From contig CAZXBD010000202.1 in NCBI GenBank assembly GCA_964638305.1, positions 14,565-78,564 on the forward strand: a stretch of 64,000 bases of DNA. The letters are read 5' to 3'. The position numbers and the translations under genes are program-made. Every line of letters begins with the position of its first letter. Positions within the stretch are counted from its first letter, which is position 1. Shown one piece after another: positions 39,397 to 49,545 of the stretch. Under the pieces are notes generated by a model. It ran no database searches and was not told the DNA's origin. It saw only the letters and a program-made list of their open reading frames with translations. The DNA is from an uncultured Geobacteraceae bacterium (GTDB lineage: Bacteria > Desulfobacterota > Desulfuromonadia > Desulfuromonadales > BM103).

Positions 39397-39564
39397 ACTG
39401 TATAACTAATTAATAAATAACATCTTTCAGTATGTCAACACTCAAAAATAATTATTTTATTCCAATTTCAACGAACTAAAACAGTCAACAATTAACAGGC
39501 TTTAGATAAATGAAAAATAAGGCCTCGAAAGGATGAAAAATATCCTGGAAGGGTTATACTAAAT

Positions 39565-39745
39565 AGAAGCAACGTTGCTCGTAACGTTAACCCCTCACAA
39601 GGAGGTTACGCCTATCGAGAATAAGCCTGATCATTGCGAATATTTTCAACCGAACCGGCTCTTTATAGTGTCGGTAAATGCCCGTGATTAGGGTAAAAAG
39701 ATAGGTAAATTTAAGGCCTGCGCAGCAAGTGGCAGGCCTTTCACT
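39565..39745 (+). ncRNA. candidate structured RNA or decayed type I toxin-like leader with terminator
   Basis: TATACT at 39555, a hairpin sequestering AGGAGG, a long bulged stem at 39611-39705 and a terminator at 39713-39741. Confidence 0.35.
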
Positions 39746-39770
39746 TTGGGGAAATCAATACGACGTGCTC

Positions 39771-40112
39771 CTATGACCCCCGCCTCGCAGTCAGTTCATC
39801 ACAGATGGATTGATAAATCTCTTCTCCTGACTGAAATGATTTGATCTTTATCCCCATTCCGCCCTTCAGCCTATGCAGAACTCTGGGGGGGATTTTTTTG
39901 ATCCACATGACCTCGCCAAGAAGAGTGATAACCCCTTCTGGTCTTTTGATTTCAATCATGATTATTGTCCCTGGTGGGGCAACCACATGCGAACGGATAA
40001 AAAGACCTTCAGTGCTTATGTCATCGGTAAAAGCGTTCTTTTCTATCTTGCCAACGCCAAAACCGACGGGAAACCGTTTACGATGACGTTTTATCTCGCG
40101 ATCTTCCGCCAT
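39771..40112 (-). CDS. stand-alone PilZ domain protein
   Basis: RHRKR (RxxxR) and DISTEG (DxSxxG). Confidence 0.85.
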   Translation of the reverse strand: MAEDREIKRHRKRFPVGFGVGKIEKNAFTDDISTEGLFIRSHVVAPPGTIIMIEIKRPEGVITLLGEVMWIKKIPPRVLHRLKGGMGIKIKSFQSGEEIYQSICDELTARRGS

Positions 40113-40194
40113 ATCCCCCCCCCCATAACAAAGTTGAAACCAGAGCACATTCACTCACGAATCAACACGATTTATTTAACCCCGGCGACCGGGA

Positions 40195-40686
40195 TTATTT
40201 CCTGGCGTACTGGGCACGACGCTGCTGCAAAATTTTCGCGTGCCTTGACTCCTCACCTGCCAACCAGCCAAAGGCTTCTCTGCCGTCGTCTGTCTGCGCC
40301 AGAGAACTGGCTTTAAGAAAATATTCGGCAAACTTCACCTCGGCCTCAATAGCCATATCCAGCGCCTGAATATCTGCAGAAGCCGTTTTCAGGACAGCCT
40401 CGAGACGTTCAGCATCAGGGAAGATATCGGCGTCGGAGAACTGTCTCAGATAAGGCAGGAACTCCTCCTCGCAATCAGCAAAAGCGCCATCCTGGTACTC
40501 AGTCTCCAATTGGTTCAAGCGACGGAGGTGCTCAACTTCATCCTGGGCCAGCGATGCGAAGAGTTCTTTTAATAAGGGGTCTGACGCCTTCTCAGCCATA
40601 GTCGAGTAGAACCGATGACCGTTCTTTTCTACTTCTTTTGCAGCTCTGACAACTTCAAAACCGCTGAAGTATTTGATACCACTCAT
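40195..40686 (-). CDS. rubrerythrin/ferritin-like protein
   Basis: Di-iron motifs EKNGHRFY, DEVEH, EAEVKFAEYF and EESRH. Confidence 0.88.
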   Translation of the reverse strand: MSGIKYFSGFEVVRAAKEVEKNGHRFYSTMAEKASDPLLKELFASLAQDEVEHLRRLNQLETEYQDGAFADCEEEFLPYLRQFSDADIFPDAERLEAVLKTASADIQALDMAIEAEVKFAEYFLKASSLAQTDDGREAFGWLAGEESRHAKILQQRRAQYARK

Positions 40687-40739
40687 AAAAACATATCCTT
40701 CCTGTGACCATGCTGTTTTAATTCAGGTTAGACAACTTG

Positions 40740-43145
40740 TCAATTGCCAAACAGCTTTTGCAGTGAATCCTGCAAGAGCTTGCGTGTTGGATCCTCGGCA
40801 GGCGGGTTACCCTCTTCCAGCTGCTGGCTCGACTCCTGTGAGGCAGGCTCCGGTTGCCCGAACAGTTTGTTAATCTGGCGGCCCAGTTCCTTGGAGAGTG
40901 CTTCTTTGGCCTGGCTCTTCATTCCCTTTGGATCGAGTCTAAAAACCGGGGACCTATAATGCCCGGAGATAAGTAAAGGCAGCTGACTCCAGCCCTCCTC
41001 GTCAGTAAGGTATTTTGTCACATTACCCTTCTTGTCAAGGCGATCTGAGAGCTGTGGACTCAAACGGGTATCCATCGACAAATCCACTGCACCATCAAGG
41101 CCAATGGTCCCTTTAGGGAACAGTTTGAACTGCTCGCTTAAGAGGCTGCTGTCGAGTTGTAGCTTACCATCAGCAATTTTAACATCACCCTGAAAATTAC
41201 TGAAGCTGATCTCGTCCGTGTCCGAAAGCTGAAGAAAAGAAGCGAAGCCTTTGACCAGGCCCGGGCTGACGACACGTCCATCTGCAAGCAACACATTCCC
41301 TTGACCGGAGAGTTTTTTGCTCAGCGTCTCCCATTGTGTACCACGACCTTTGACATCCAGGTCAAGGTTCATGGCCCCAGACAGGCTGTCTGCGGCTTTC
41401 GGCGCAAACGCAGCCAATAATGGACCAGCCTGGACTGTTTGCACATCAAGGTTGGCGGAATACGCCAGGCCTTTTTTACCCAGGTCAACTCGCGCACTAT
41501 TACTGAACGACCCTCCGGCAACCTGGCCATCCATACGGGTCAAATCCAGAACATTATCTTTGAGCTCGTAACGGACGAGAAAATTACTGATTGACAGATC
41601 CTTCCAGAGGGCTTCTGTAATTTCAAGCGTCCCGGTTGCATGAAGCGGGATATCGAACGGACCTATCTCTTCCGAGGTGGAGCGATCATCTCCGACGTCT
41701 TCGGTCTGGTCGGCAGCGATAACCGCCCCTGCATTACCTCCCAAAAGCGGCTCCAGTTCAAAACGTTTTGACGTTATGTCCGCATTCACAACGACCGTGT
41801 CATCAAACAGATGATCTGCTGTAAGGATGATTTCAGCCCTGTTGTCACCTAATCTCGCAAATAAACCTTCGGAGGTCACCTGATCACCGGTGATGGTCAA
41901 TTGCCCGGTCAATGCCGGGCGATAACCTCCGGCCGTTGCCTGAACACTGTCCAGACTGACCGACGCGGTTTTCAGTAGCCCCAAGCCCTCGTCCACAGCA
42001 CCCGACAGGGCTGACTCGATAGAGATTGTTCCAGCCGGGTCAAGAGAACCGACATCGCCGATGAGCCCATCTGGAACGGCATCGAGGGCCTGACGAAGCT
42101 GAAGGCTGGGAACCACAACCGCAAGCGCCACCTCAGGTACGCCTGACAGATCACTAATATCCCCTTTAACATTTACCTTGATACCGTTGTAATCAAGCTC
42201 CAGCTTAACAAGAGACAGAAGAGCCTGTTTTTGCTTAAACTGAAAATCATAGTTGACCTCCAAAGCGGCCTTTTTGATAGCAGTATCGGGCAAAGCATCG
42301 AGAACCAGATCAAGATCGGCGAAGCTCAGGCTCCCACTTAGAGCTACGTCATCAGGGGTTCCGGAAAGAGCAGACTTGACCGTCAGTTTCAAGCCTCCAA
42401 GCCTGCCAGGTAAAACATCCTTCAAGTAGGGGCTGAAAGCGACAATATCCAGACTCAGCAATTCAACCTTGAAGTCACCTCCCAGAGGAGACAGGCTGAT
42501 GTGACCGTCGAGCGCCAAGGGGCTGCCGTTGACCTGGCATTGCACTGACAACGGGACCTTACCTGTGAGTGAAACACCTTTGGCAGCGACCTGCAGCGCC
42601 GAGAGTTGATAACGATATGGAGAAGCATCATTCAAGGAGTGGTCAAGAAAGGTCAGCTGTCCATCTTTGAGCGAGACATTCGACACCAACAGACTGATCG
42701 GTGTGCCACTCTGATTTGACGAAGAGGTTTGCTTGTCGGAGGCAGTCGTTTCGGGTGTGCCGAGAAGATCACTGAAATTGAACCGGCCATCCTTGAGTCG
42801 CACGACCCTGATCTCAGGTTTTTCCAAGAGTACTTCATCGACGACAACTTTCATGGCCAGCAAGGGCAACAACTGGTACTTGAGCCGCATCAGGTCGGTT
42901 GAAACAAAAACCTCGCCCCCGCCCTGCTCATAGATTGTCAGCTCATGGATTTCAATGCCTGAGAACAAGCTGACCTGGATGTCGCCCAGTTCGACCTTGC
43001 GATTCATGTTTTCTTCAACCAGAGGCAGAAGTGCTCCCTTGACCCGCTCCGGGGTAACCAGGACATTGGCCAGCACAATCAGGGCCACAGCCAGAGCGAC
43101 CAGAACAGCCAAGGCAGCAAAGAATAATTTTGTCCATTTCTTCAT
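40740..43145 (-). CDS. AsmA family protein
   Basis: N-terminal anchor, DGRFNFSDL and a long beta-groove composition. Confidence 0.85.
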   Translation of the reverse strand: MKKWTKLFFAALAVLVALAVALIVLANVLVTPERVKGALLPLVEENMNRKVELGDIQVSLFSGIEIHELTIYEQGGGEVFVSTDLMRLKYQLLPLLAMKVVVDEVLLEKPEIRVVRLKDGRFNFSDLLGTPETTASDKQTSSSNQSGTPISLLVSNVSLKDGQLTFLDHSLNDASPYRYQLSALQVAAKGVSLTGKVPLSVQCQVNGSPLALDGHISLSPLGGDFKVELLSLDIVAFSPYLKDVLPGRLGGLKLTVKSALSGTPDDVALSGSLSFADLDLVLDALPDTAIKKAALEVNYDFQFKQKQALLSLVKLELDYNGIKVNVKGDISDLSGVPEVALAVVVPSLQLRQALDAVPDGLIGDVGSLDPAGTISIESALSGAVDEGLGLLKTASVSLDSVQATAGGYRPALTGQLTITGDQVTSEGLFARLGDNRAEIILTADHLFDDTVVVNADITSKRFELEPLLGGNAGAVIAADQTEDVGDDRSTSEEIGPFDIPLHATGTLEITEALWKDLSISNFLVRYELKDNVLDLTRMDGQVAGGSFSNSARVDLGKKGLAYSANLDVQTVQAGPLLAAFAPKAADSLSGAMNLDLDVKGRGTQWETLSKKLSGQGNVLLADGRVVSPGLVKGFASFLQLSDTDEISFSNFQGDVKIADGKLQLDSSLLSEQFKLFPKGTIGLDGAVDLSMDTRLSPQLSDRLDKKGNVTKYLTDEEGWSQLPLLISGHYRSPVFRLDPKGMKSQAKEALSKELGRQINKLFGQPEPASQESSQQLEEGNPPAEDPTRKLLQDSLQKLFGN

Positions 43146-43196
43146 CTTCTTAAGGACTCCCACAAAATAAAGCTTTAAAACCAAGCAAGTTTCACC

Positions 43197-43679
43197 TCAG
43201 ACAAGCGGATCCTCAAGGGCTTCAAGCTTGAGAATGGCCTGCCACTCTTCAGCGGTGACCGGTTGTACCGATAAGCGGTTGCCTTTACGCAGCACCCCCA
43301 TCCCGGATAAGAGCGGATGCTGGCGCAGTTCGTCCCGAGTAATCAGCTGAGGCAGATGACAAAGGTACTTGATGTCAACCATCGACCAGATCGGTTTGTC
43401 ATCCGTGGCCTTCGGATCAAAATGTTTCTCACGAGGATCCAGAGCGGTGTGATCCGGGTAGCCCTCACGAACGACCCTGGCCAGTCCGACAATGGCCGGC
43501 TCAGAACAGTTGCTGTGGTAGAAAAGCACACCGTCACCGACCTTTATTTGATCTCGCAAAAAATTGCGGGCCTGGTAGTTGCGGACCCCGTCCCAATGCT
43601 CTGTCATGTTCGGCATTTTTTTCAGGTCGTCGAGAGAAAAACAATCAGGTTCAGACTTCATCAACCAGTAATTCATCAT
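43197..43679 (-). CDS. EVE domain protein
   Basis: Motifs YWLMKSEP, WDGVRNYQARN and RLSVQPV. Confidence 0.95.
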   Translation of the reverse strand: MMNYWLMKSEPDCFSLDDLKKMPNMTEHWDGVRNYQARNFLRDQIKVGDGVLFYHSNCSEPAIVGLARVVREGYPDHTALDPREKHFDPKATDDKPIWSMVDIKYLCHLPQLITRDELRQHPLLSGMGVLRKGNRLSVQPVTAEEWQAILKLEALEDPLV

Positions 43680-43736
43680 GACTCCGGGTCTGAAGGCTGG
43701 AAAACAATCAAGCCACCAGTGTTATTTTTTCTATTT

Positions 43737-43754
43737 TCTTGACCTCTGTCAAAT
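43737..43754. promoter_or_regulatory. HcpR (Crp/Fnr family) binding site
   Basis: tcTTGAC-CTCT-GTCAAat is a perfect TTGAC-N4-GTCAA palindrome upstream of hcp. Confidence 0.75.
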
Positions 43755-43926
43755 CCAACAATGGGGACAACAGGTTATTGTCGCACCACGCTGTTGAACA
43801 GGCATCAAGTATAGCAAATCATAACAGTAACCATGAAAGACATTATTCAAAAACCTGCTACAGTTGAAAAGATTTAGAGCAACTTGACCAAACATTAACG
43901 AGACCAACCCAACGGAGGAAAAAATC

Positions 43927-45549
43927 ATGTCCATGTTTTGTTACCAATGTGAACAAGCGTCAAAAGGAACCGGCTGCACAGCTATCGGCGTCTGCGGCAA
44001 GCAACCTGATGTAGCAGCCCTGCAAGACCTGCTGGTCTACACGATGAAAGGCATTGCCTTCTGGGCCGACAAGGCTCGGGCAAATGGCGTCAAAGATCAG
44101 GAGATTGATCGTTTCATGATCGACGGCCTCTTCACTACTGTCACCAACGTCGACTTCGACCCTGCGGCAGTCTCTAAATTCATCGCTGATGGTGTTCGAC
44201 TGCGCAACAAAGCCAAGCAACTGGCCGGCGCCTATGATGGTGCCGTCCCCGCAGCAGCCCAGGACTGGGATCTTCCTGCTTCTATTGATGAGCAGGTCAA
44301 ACTGGGTCAGCTGCACGGCGTAAAAGACTTCACTGTCGATCCGGATATCCACTCCGTTCGTGAGATCACCATGTACGGTCTCAAAGGCTATGCCGCCTAC
44401 GCCGACCACGCCCGCATTCTTGGCAAGGAATCAGATGAAGTCTACGCCTACACCCACAAGGCCCTGGCTGCTCAGCTTGACGACAGCCTCGACCTGATGG
44501 CTAACGTCGGTCTGGCCATGGAAGCCGGACGCATCAACTATGTCACCATGGAACTGCTCAACCAAGCCCATGTTGAAGCTTACGGCCACCCCGTACCTAC
44601 CCCGGTACAATTGGGCACTAAAGCGGGTAAAGCAATTCTGGTCTCAGGCCACGATCTCAAGTTCCTCGAAGAGCTGCTCAAGCAAACTGAAGGGACCGGC
44701 ATCAACATCTACACCCACGGCGAGATGTTGCCGGCTCACGGCTATCCCGGCCTGAAGAAGTATGCCCATCTGGTCGCTAATTATGGCGGTGCATGGCAGG
44801 ACCAGCACAAAGAGTTCGCTGAATTCCCGGGTGCCATCATCTTTAACACCAACTGCATCCAGAAGCCTGCCGACAGCTACGTTGACCGCCTCTTCACCTG
44901 GGGCCTGGTGCAATGGCCAGGTGTCAAGCATGTAGACGGTTGGGACTTCTCGGAAGTTATCGCTAAAGCCCAGTCGTGTGACGGTTTCGAAGACAACCCG
45001 GGACAGGAGATCCTGACCGGTTTCGGCCACAACGCCATTCTCGGCGTTGCTGACAAGGTCATCGAAGGTGTCAAGGCTGGAGCAATCAAGCATTTCTTCC
45101 TGGTCGGCGGCTGCGACGGTGCCAAGTCCGGTCGTAACTACTACACCGAGTTTGCCGAGCAAGCTCCGATGGACACGGTCATCCTGACCCTGGCTTGTGG
45201 CAAATTCCGCTTCAACAAACTTGATCTTGGCGATATCGGAGGGATTCCCCGTCTCCTCGACGTTGGTCAGTGCAACGACGCTTACAGCGCCATTCAGGTC
45301 GCCGTTGCCCTAGCCGATGCATTCGAGTGCGGTGTCAACGATCTGCCTCTCTCCATGGTTCTCTCCTGGTACGAGCAAAAGGCCGTTGCCATCCTGCTCA
45401 CCCTGCTCCACCTCGGTATCAAGAACATCAAACTCGGACCTTCACTGCCGGCATTCATCACGCCGAACGTACTCAACTTCCTGGTTGAGAACTACAACAT
45501 TGGCCCGATCACAACTGCCGAAGCAGATCTCAAGGAAATCCTCGGCTAA
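43927..45549 (+). CDS. hcp: hybrid cluster protein (hydroxylamine reductase)
   Basis: Motifs MFCYQCEQ..GC...GVCGK, THGEMLP, GGCDG, GQCND and WYEQKA. Confidence 0.97.
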   Translation: MSMFCYQCEQASKGTGCTAIGVCGKQPDVAALQDLLVYTMKGIAFWADKARANGVKDQEIDRFMIDGLFTTVTNVDFDPAAVSKFIADGVRLRNKAKQLAGAYDGAVPAAAQDWDLPASIDEQVKLGQLHGVKDFTVDPDIHSVREITMYGLKGYAAYADHARILGKESDEVYAYTHKALAAQLDDSLDLMANVGLAMEAGRINYVTMELLNQAHVEAYGHPVPTPVQLGTKAGKAILVSGHDLKFLEELLKQTEGTGINIYTHGEMLPAHGYPGLKKYAHLVANYGGAWQDQHKEFAEFPGAIIFNTNCIQKPADSYVDRLFTWGLVQWPGVKHVDGWDFSEVIAKAQSCDGFEDNPGQEILTGFGHNAILGVADKVIEGVKAGAIKHFFLVGGCDGAKSGRNYYTEFAEQAPMDTVILTLACGKFRFNKLDLGDIGGIPRLLDVGQCNDAYSAIQVAVALADAFECGVNDLPLSMVLSWYEQKAVAILLTLLHLGIKNIKLGPSLPAFITPNVLNFLVENYNIGPITTAEADLKEILG

Positions 45550-45573
45550 ACAGAGGGTTGCTCGCAACAACAT

Positions 45574-45606
45574 AAGGGGACGGCTCTAACGAGCTGTCCC
45601 CTTTTT
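45574..45606 (+). terminator. intrinsic terminator after hcp
   Basis: AAGGGGACGGCTC-TAAC-GAGCTGTCCCCTTTTT. Confidence 0.85.
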
Positions 45607-45758
45607 CAGTTAAAAAGCCTTTTTCCCAGAGTCGTACATACAACCCTGCAGCCTTACAGATTAAAATCTCCAACTTATAACCCATGATTGACAACCATTC
45701 TGCCTCCGCTAGAATTTAACTGCTCTCATTGAACTGCAAACTAAAGGAGGTAGTTGCC

Positions 45759-46193
45759 ATGGCCAAAACGATCCGTGACATATTAAAGAACAAAGGTGAG
45801 TCAATATTCAGTATCAGCCATGACGCAACAGTCTATAGTGCCTTGGAATTAATGGCCGCTGAAAATATCGGAGCTCTTCTTGTTATGAGGGATAACCGGT
45901 TAGTCGGTATCCTTTCCGAGCGTGACTATGCGAGGAAAGTAATACTGGAGGGACGCTCATCCCTTAAAACGAACGTAGAAAAGATCATGACCACTAAAAT
46001 CCTCTACGTCACCCCTAATATGAGTGTGGAAGAAAGTTTAGCCGTGATGTCCGACAAACATTGTCGCCACTTGCCAGTTCTTCAGGACAAAGAATTGATC
46101 GGGATGGTCTCCATTGGCGACCTGGTTAAAGCACAGGTTGCCGACAAGAATTTTTTGATTACCCAGTTGGAGCACTACATCCTTGGTAATTAG
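45759..46193 (+). CDS. CBS-pair protein
   Basis: Motifs GILSERDYARK, RHLPV and SIGDLVK. RBS AAGGAGG. Confidence 0.92.
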   Translation: MAKTIRDILKNKGESIFSISHDATVYSALELMAAENIGALLVMRDNRLVGILSERDYARKVILEGRSSLKTNVEKIMTTKILYVTPNMSVEESLAVMSDKHCRHLPVLQDKELIGMVSIGDLVKAQVADKNFLITQLEHYILGN

Positions 46194-46206
46194 ACGATTA
46201 AGCCAG

Positions 46207-46246
46207 AAAAACGACCTGTCTGTGTCTCCCGGCAGGTCGTTTTTTT
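46207..46246 (+). terminator. intrinsic terminator
   Basis: AAAACGACCTG...CAGGTCGTTTTTT. Confidence 0.8.
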
Positions 46247-46371
46247 ATAGGCATAAGCATTCAATGAGTGGATATTAACTGTGGCCAACGAGACCCTGAG
46301 TCACAACATTGTCGCCGTCAGTAATCAATCAGATACCTAACAGAGACCTAACAGATAACAAGGGATGCACC

Positions 46372-47916
46372 ATGGCGAAGAGGCAACTATTACTTTGGAC
46401 CTTGCTTCTCCTGCTCGCTGGCTGCGCCGTGAACCCGGTGACGGGCAAGAGTGAATTGAGTCTGGTCAGTGAGCAGCAGGAAATTGCCATTGGCGCAAAA
46501 CAGTACGCACCCGCACGTCAGTCCCAGGGGGGTGATTACGTAGTGGACCGCGAACTGACAGCTTATGTCAGCCAGGTTGGACAGAAGCTGGCGGCGGTGA
46601 GTGATCGCAGGCTACCCTATGAGTTCAAAGTATTAAACAGTTCTGTGCCTAACGCCTGGGCGCTGCCAGGTGGCAAGATCTCAATCAATCGGGGCCTGTT
46701 GACTGAGTTGCAGAGCGAAGCCGAGCTGGCAGCCGTACTCAGCCACGAGATTGTGCATGCAGCCGCCCGGCATGGTGCCCAGAGTATGTCTCAAGGAATG
46801 TTGCTGCAAGCGGGTGCCATGGGAGCCGCCCTTGCCACCCAGGGAACAGGTTATGCGGACCTGGCACAAATGGGCACGGGCATCGGAGCGAAACTGATCT
46901 CGCAGAAATACGGACGCGACGCCGAGCGTGAGTCGGACTTCTACGGCATGCAGTATATGGTACGTGCAGGTTACGATCCGCAGGGCGCTGTCAACCTGCA
47001 ACGCACCTTTGTCAAGCTCTCTGAGGGCAAGCGACAAGACTGGATAACGGGTCTGTTTGCCAGCCATCCACCTTCTCGGGAGCGTGTGCAGAATAATATC
47101 GAACTCATGTCCACCATGCCCAAGGGCGGCGAATTGGGTGTCGCACGCTACCGCGCCAAGATCGCGCATCTGATCGCCACCAAGCCGGCTTATAAAGCAT
47201 ATGACGAAGGTCGCAAGGGACTAAAGAAGAATGACCTTGCAAATGCCCGTCATCTTGCACAAAAAGCCATCAAGATAGAACCCAGAGAGGCTCACTTTTA
47301 CGCGTTGATGGGCGATGTAGAACAAAAAAACCGGCGGCTGAAACCGGCGCTAACACAGTACGACAAAGCAACCAGCCTGAATCCTAACTTCTTTAACTAC
47401 TATCTGCAGCGTGGCAAGGTAAAAGAACAGCTGAATCTTTCCAGGCAGGCGCAATCTGACTTGAAACGTAGCCTTGAACTCCTGCCCACCGCTGACGCTT
47501 ACAACTCGCTTGGCAATCTGGCCCGCAAGGCTGGACGCCTGAATGAGGCCAAGTCATATTATGCCAAGGTGGCGGGTAGCCAGGGCGAACTGGGTCAGCA
47601 GGCGTACGGTTCATTGGTCGACATGGATCTAAAAGATAATCCCGCTGAATATATCAAAGTCAGATCGGGGCAGGATGCCCAGGGCAGAATCATCGCACAG
47701 GTCAGCAATCCAACGCCGCGCAAGATCGGCGGGATTGTGCTGACCATTCAATTCCGGAGTGAGGCAGGCAAGGTGCACAAGGTGCAGCGAAAATTAAAAG
47801 GCACGGTCGCTGCCGGCAGTCAGAAGTTTTTTGATCTCGACCTGAAAGGGAAACTGACTCAAAAGCAGATTAAGACGTTGCAACTAGGGGTTGTCGGAGC
47901 AGATGTCGTTCGCTGA
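46372..47916 (+). CDS. M48 metalloprotease lipoprotein with TPRs (BepA-like)
   Basis: Lipobox LAGC, NAWALPGG, HEIVH, ERESD, SHP and TPR repeats. Confidence 0.92.
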   Translation: MAKRQLLLWTLLLLLAGCAVNPVTGKSELSLVSEQQEIAIGAKQYAPARQSQGGDYVVDRELTAYVSQVGQKLAAVSDRRLPYEFKVLNSSVPNAWALPGGKISINRGLLTELQSEAELAAVLSHEIVHAAARHGAQSMSQGMLLQAGAMGAALATQGTGYADLAQMGTGIGAKLISQKYGRDAERESDFYGMQYMVRAGYDPQGAVNLQRTFVKLSEGKRQDWITGLFASHPPSRERVQNNIELMSTMPKGGELGVARYRAKIAHLIATKPAYKAYDEGRKGLKKNDLANARHLAQKAIKIEPREAHFYALMGDVEQKNRRLKPALTQYDKATSLNPNFFNYYLQRGKVKEQLNLSRQAQSDLKRSLELLPTADAYNSLGNLARKAGRLNEAKSYYAKVAGSQGELGQQAYGSLVDMDLKDNPAEYIKVRSGQDAQGRIIAQVSNPTPRKIGGIVLTIQFRSEAGKVHKVQRKLKGTVAAGSQKFFDLDLKGKLTQKQIKTLQLGVVGADVVR

Positions 47917-47993
47917 CGACATTGAGACAAGACACTGCTCGGGAGTAGTCTCATCAAAGTGTCGCAGCACAAAAGAAGGCTATCAAAAAACAC

Positions 47994-48980
47994 TCACGTT
48001 TGAGTGCCTTCGATTCTGGAGACAACGGCCCGCGCCATTCGTTCACTGTAGGCGTTCAACTTCCAGTGGCCAGGACTCCACCCTTTCAGGAATCGATGAA
48101 AATCGGTCCATGCCAGCGGGAAAAGCCCTCGCCACTCATCCTCAATCTCACCGGCATCGAAAGTCGGCGGACGTCGCACCAGGGCCTCTCTGAGGTTTGA
48201 GAAGTAATAATTCAACAGCCGGTCTTCAAGTCGCTCACACTCCTCTTCTGCCAGACAACTACCGATAAAATAGGCAACATCCTTCATCCCGCAGCCACCG
48301 CCGACATATTGGAAATCGACCGCAGCGACGGATTCACCACCGGTGGAAAAACAGAAGTTCGCCAGCTTTGCATCACCATGCACCAGGGTCTGGTAGCGGC
48401 TTTCGCGCAGCCGTTGATCAATCGCTGCCGCCGCCTGTTTCAGGGGGAGATCTGTGAGAACATTAAGTTCATCGGGCCGGGTTTCCAGATGCCAGTATGT
48501 TCCCTGATTCCACAACCCTTCCGGCTCACACCCCATGAAGGTAGCGTGAAAGTTCGCCAGCCAGCGCAGGCATGCCAACATCTCTCTTTCGCCAACTCTT
48601 TGTAGGCGCTCCGAATAGCCGATCTCATCCAAATCTTCGAGGACCATGAGGATTTCTTCGCCACGGGTTTCCAACGCTAAACATCCGGGCACCGGACAAT
48701 TCTCATCGCAGCGGCTGCTCCATCCTCTATACCAGGCACTCTCCACTTCATAAGAGCGCAGCTTTCGCAGGTGTGAGTGATCGGTGTTCCAGCCACGGGG
48801 ATGGCCCGCCTGCCCAGCAACGTGAACGTGTTTGACCACAACCCGCTCGCGGTCTGCTCCGGCCAGCCGGTATCGGCTTATGGTCCCGTAGCCGCTCCAC
48901 AGCTCCTGAATCACCTCAACAAGTTCAATATCACTGGCGCCGGTTGCCTGACGGATTATGCCGGGGAAGTCTTTATGCAT
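47994..48980 (-). CDS. APH/choline-kinase-like phosphotransferase
   Basis: Motifs [17 protein letters not shown] and DFQY. Confidence 0.88.
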   Translation of the reverse strand: MHKDFPGIIRQATGASDIELVEVIQELWSGYGTISRYRLAGADRERVVVKHVHVAGQAGHPRGWNTDHSHLRKLRSYEVESAWYRGWSSRCDENCPVPGCLALETRGEEILMVLEDLDEIGYSERLQRVGEREMLACLRWLANFHATFMGCEPEGLWNQGTYWHLETRPDELNVLTDLPLKQAAAAIDQRLRESRYQTLVHGDAKLANFCFSTGGESVAAVDFQYVGGGCGMKDVAYFIGSCLAEEECERLEDRLLNYYFSNLREALVRRPPTFDAGEIEDEWRGLFPLAWTDFHRFLKGWSPGHWKLNAYSERMARAVVSRIEGTQT

Positions 48981-49041
48981 GGACACAGGCGAGTTCTGTG
49001 CGATGTAGGTTCTTGTGGGGAGAGTGAGACACTTTATCAAC

Positions 49042-49545
49042 TCAGCCGTTCGGGAACTGCCGGCAGTATTCGTAGAGCGCCATGCTGGCCGCGGTCGCGG
49101 CGTTAAAGCTGTGAGGCAGGCCGTAGACCGGGATCTCGACCACATCATCCAACATTTCAAGGGTCTCCGGTGTCAGACCGGTGCGCTCATTGCCAACAAC
49201 CAGGACCGTGCGACGTGAAAAACTGTAGCTATGTATACTGGTCGAATTGGTGGTCTGCTCAAGACCTACCAGGCGATAGCCGTCATTACGCAGCTTGCGG
49301 AGAACCGGGAGCAGGCTGCGGTGAATCGAGATATCGAGTTCTTCTGCGCCATCGCGGGCGATCTTTGAGATCAAGGTCGCATTGCCGGTTAAAACGAGCC
49401 GCTCTACGGCACACGCACTCGCGGTCCTTGCGACACTCGAAATATTGACGTTGCTGCGCATGGGAGCGCAAGCGACAATAATCTCGCGCGAACGTGTGAG
49501 CGCAGATCCCTCCTTGTGGCGTTGGTGTTCGAACTGGTTCATCAA
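49042..49545 (-). CDS. SpoU/TrmH-family RNA methyltransferase
   Basis: Motifs [16 protein letters not shown] and IPVYG..HSFNAA. Confidence 0.9.
   Translation of the reverse strand: MMNQFEHQRHKEGSALTRSREIIVACAPMRSNVNISSVARTASACAVERLVLTGNATLISKIARDGAEELDISIHRSLLPVLRKLRNDGYRLVGLEQTTNSTSIHSYSFSRRTVLVVGNERTGLTPETLEMLDDVVEIPVYGLPHSFNAATAASMALYEYCRQFPNG

Noticed and set aside
39611-39705. 6S RNA
   Set aside because: The rod is too short (about 95 nt) and the usual zapA/ygfA context is missing.
43794-43808. Second Fnr/HcpR box TTGAACAGGCATCAA
   Set aside because: The spacing is one base too long.
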